NCBI RefSeq assembly: GCF_044704955.1
Contig: NC_091989.1
Coordinates: 117,118,001-117,182,000 of the forward strand
Reading direction: 5' to 3'
DNA length: 64,000 nucleotides
Origin: Pristiophorus japonicus
Taxonomy: Eukaryota
Shown: piece by piece, positions 61,393-64,000 of the stretch
Position numbering within the stretch: position 1 is the first letter of the stretch
Layout of the letters: every line of letters starts with the position of its first letter
Program-made: the position numbers and the translations under genes
Notes under the pieces: generated by a model
The model's database searches: none
What the model was told of the DNA's origin: nothing
Seen by the model: the letters and a program-made list of their open reading frames with translations, nothing else

Positions 61393-62458
61393 AGGTGAGA
61401 TGGGGATGGAGGAGAGATGGGGGTGGGGGGAGAGGAAAGATGGGGCGAGGGGAAATATGGGGTGAGGTGGGGTGAGGGGAGAAGTGGGGGTGAGGGGAGA
61501 GGTGGAGGGAGGGGGAGAAGTGGAGGGAGGGGGAAGGGTGAGGGGAGTAGAGAGGTGGGGGGGTAGTGAAGAGGTGGGGGTGGAGGAAGTGGAGAGCTGG
61601 GGGCGGGGGTGAGGGGAGAGGTTGGGTTAGGGGTGAGGTGGGGGTGAGGGGAGAGGTGGAGGAAGGGGGAGAGGTGGGGGTGAGGGAAGTAGAGAGGTGG
61701 GGGAGAGTGAAGAGATGGGGGTGGGGGTAGTGCAAAGGTGGGGATGGAGGGAGTGTGGGGTGGAGAGATGGGGTGGAGGAAGTGGAGAGCTGGGGGCGGG
61801 GGTGAGGGGAGAGGTTGGGTGGGGGAGGGGAGGGGTGGGGGGTGTGGAGAGGTGGGGTGGGGGAGGAGAGATGGGGGTGGGGGAGAGGAGAGATCGGGTG
61901 GGGGGAGAGGAGAGATGGGGTAGGGAGTGGAGAGATGGGGGTGGGGGGAGAGGAGAGGTGGGGGTGGGGAGAGGAGAGATTGAGGTGGGGGAGAGGAAAG
62001 GTTGGGGTGGGGAGAGGAGAAATGAGAGGTAGGGGTGGAGGGAGTGATGGGGGGGGAGAGGAGAGATGAGGGTTGGGGAGAGGAGAGGTGGGGGGTGGAG
62101 AGGAGATGGGGGTTGGGGAGAGGAGAGGTGGGGAGAGGGTTGGAGAGGAGAGGTGGGGATGGAGAAGAGAGATGGGAGATGGAGTTGTGAGGAGAGGTGG
62201 GACTGGGAGGAGGGGTGGGGAAGAGGAGAGATGGTGCTGGGAGGAGGAGTGGGGAAGAGGTGGGGGGTAGAGAGATGAGGTGGGCATGGAGGCGAAGGTG
62301 GGGGTGAAGGGGAGGGCGCGAGGAGAAGTGGGAGATGGGGATGGGAGGAGAGGTCGGGTTGGTGGAAGAGGAGAGGATAGGTGGGGAGAGGAAAAGGGGA
62401 GCGGGAGAGATGAAGGGGAGAGAGGAGAGGTGGGGGTGGAGTTGAGGAGAGGAGGGCT
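61393..62458 (+). repeat. ~1.07-kb G/A-rich low-complexity tract
   Basis: Degenerate ggggagaggagagatggggg(t) units; very few C on the + strand. Confidence 0.9.
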
Positions 62459-63148
62459 GAAATGTCACTCAAGGACGGGGTGCCTGGTTGAATAGTGGCT
62501 TAGCATGGGGCAAGGTTGAAAGGTGCCTCCTTCGAGGAAGTGAACTGTGACTCACTGGAGGTGAACAAGGTTGAGAAGTGTCTGAGAGAGGGAGCTTGGG
62601 GTTAAAGTGCTTCAATGGAGCTGGGGTGCAGGATCAGGCATGCTGGATTGCCTTGGGATGAGGAGTGCGAATGAGGACAAAGTAGAGCAACATCGAGGCT
62701 CTCTGATGCTGGAGGGCGCTGCGGGACGGACATCGGGGGAAGCTGCAGCAAGGGATGGAAGTGGACCCGTGTACCTGAGAGATCAGGGTGCTGGACAAGC
62801 AGACACGGTGCTTTTCATCTTCAGTTAGTTGGAATGGGGCATTTCACTGCCGCTAGGCATGAATTCAGTGGTTTTAGTGACTGTGCTGGTACAGTTAGCA
62901 TGGAAAACCATTTATTCCCGTGAACAGGACTTAGCTTGTGCATTTACATTTTCCGAGGAAGAGAGTCACGTCAAGCATGAGTTTAATCACAGTGCAATGG
63001 TGCAGAAACTACTGAATATATTACACATGTACTTGACTTCAGCCTTCAGCTCACCTACACATTTTTACCAAATTGTGTTTTTATTTCTCATGTTCATTAT
63101 CAAACAAAAAAATTTCGAATGAGTTGCTCCAAGTATTGTGGGTCTGTG

Positions 63149-63560
63149 CATCATCATCATCAGCGGTCCCTCGAACGAGGATGACTTGCTTCCACAAGCG
63201 TTTACAGATGTTTCAATGAAGGACCCGATGTTCCAGTCCTGAACTCCAATTGAGGGGGTGGAAGATGCCTGTGCATGGATTTTTTTAACGTGTGGTGACC
63301 ATTGCACATCAGCCATCACACGGGCTCGACAGAGCTAGGTCTTTATTCAGTGGCAAGGGTTGAACCAGGACGACTGGAGACCTGCTCTGCTGCACTGACC
63401 TAGTGCGCACATATATCCCAGTGTGGGCTGGCCCATGCTGCCCCTGGGCCCTCGGCTCTTGTGGGCCCCGTACCCTCATTCACCACACCTTTGCCCACGA
63501 TGTTCCATGGCCCGGCGCTCCAGCTCTATTTATAGCCCCGACCTGCGGTGGTGTTCTCAC
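63149..63560 (-). mobile_element. RTE-derived bipartite non-autonomous retroelement
   Basis: (CAT)n on +; high similarity to 50381-50811; slightly 5'-truncated. Confidence 0.8.
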
Positions 63561-64000
63561 TGATGTTATATTAAGTGCAGCAGCCTAATGAATCTCCATA
63601 GAAACAAACCAAAATAGCATCTCGTGTATTGCAATTAGCTCCGCAAACTAAATGCGTTAATTAGATTAGGGAAAGAGCAGATAAACGAGCATCTGTTTGT
63701 GGGTTTCTTGTCCTGTTGACCGTATGGATGACTGATCTTTGTTGAAAGTGAAATTTGTACAAAGTAATAAAAAGTATTATTACAGTTCCATTTGCGTCAG
63801 AGTTTTTCTAGCGAATGACAGCATAAAGCAGTCAGGTGTCTCCTGTCTGTTCCAGTGCCTGTTTGAAGGCCGAACCATGTTGCAGGTGCACGAATGAGTT
63901 ACTGCAATGATTCAGCGATCAATCAAAATTAAAATAGCCACTTTCTCCATGACTTAACTCGTAATGGCACTGAGTATAAAGGAGATTCTGAATCTGGTAT

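Noticed and set aside
61274-62495. Pro/Ser-rich ORFs of 281-359 aa
   Set aside because: Artefact of the G/A-rich tract; open in all frames.

Overview
Eukaryotic, repeat-dense genomic DNA, very likely from a shark (inferred from DeuSINE/SacSINE1-type SINEs, esterase-ORF1 CR1 LINEs, Penelope-type fragments and Mag-like Gypsy elements). The only host gene I can support is a sodium/hydrogen exchanger, best matching SLC9A5 (NHE5). Four internal + strand exons (41982-42060, 42917-43094, 43987-44207, 50951-51153) splice in frame, one through a GC-AG intron. Most of the rest is transposable elements: two full-length Gypsy LTR elements with target-site duplications (TSDs), two solo LTRs, many CR1 copies, RTE and RTE-derived non-autonomous elements, hAT MITEs, and many PIF/Harbinger elements, including one near-complete copy with a DDE transposase and a spliced Myb/SANT gene. 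The most unusual structures are: a Harbinger-type non-autonomous element with an unidentified CpG-rich segment between 84-bp direct repeats; two related elements inserted at nearly the same homologous CR1 position; a four-level TE nest; and a bipartite RTE-derived element with a TATA box. No CRISPR, rRNA or true tRNA genes were seen. All comparisons were made by eye; no searches were run.
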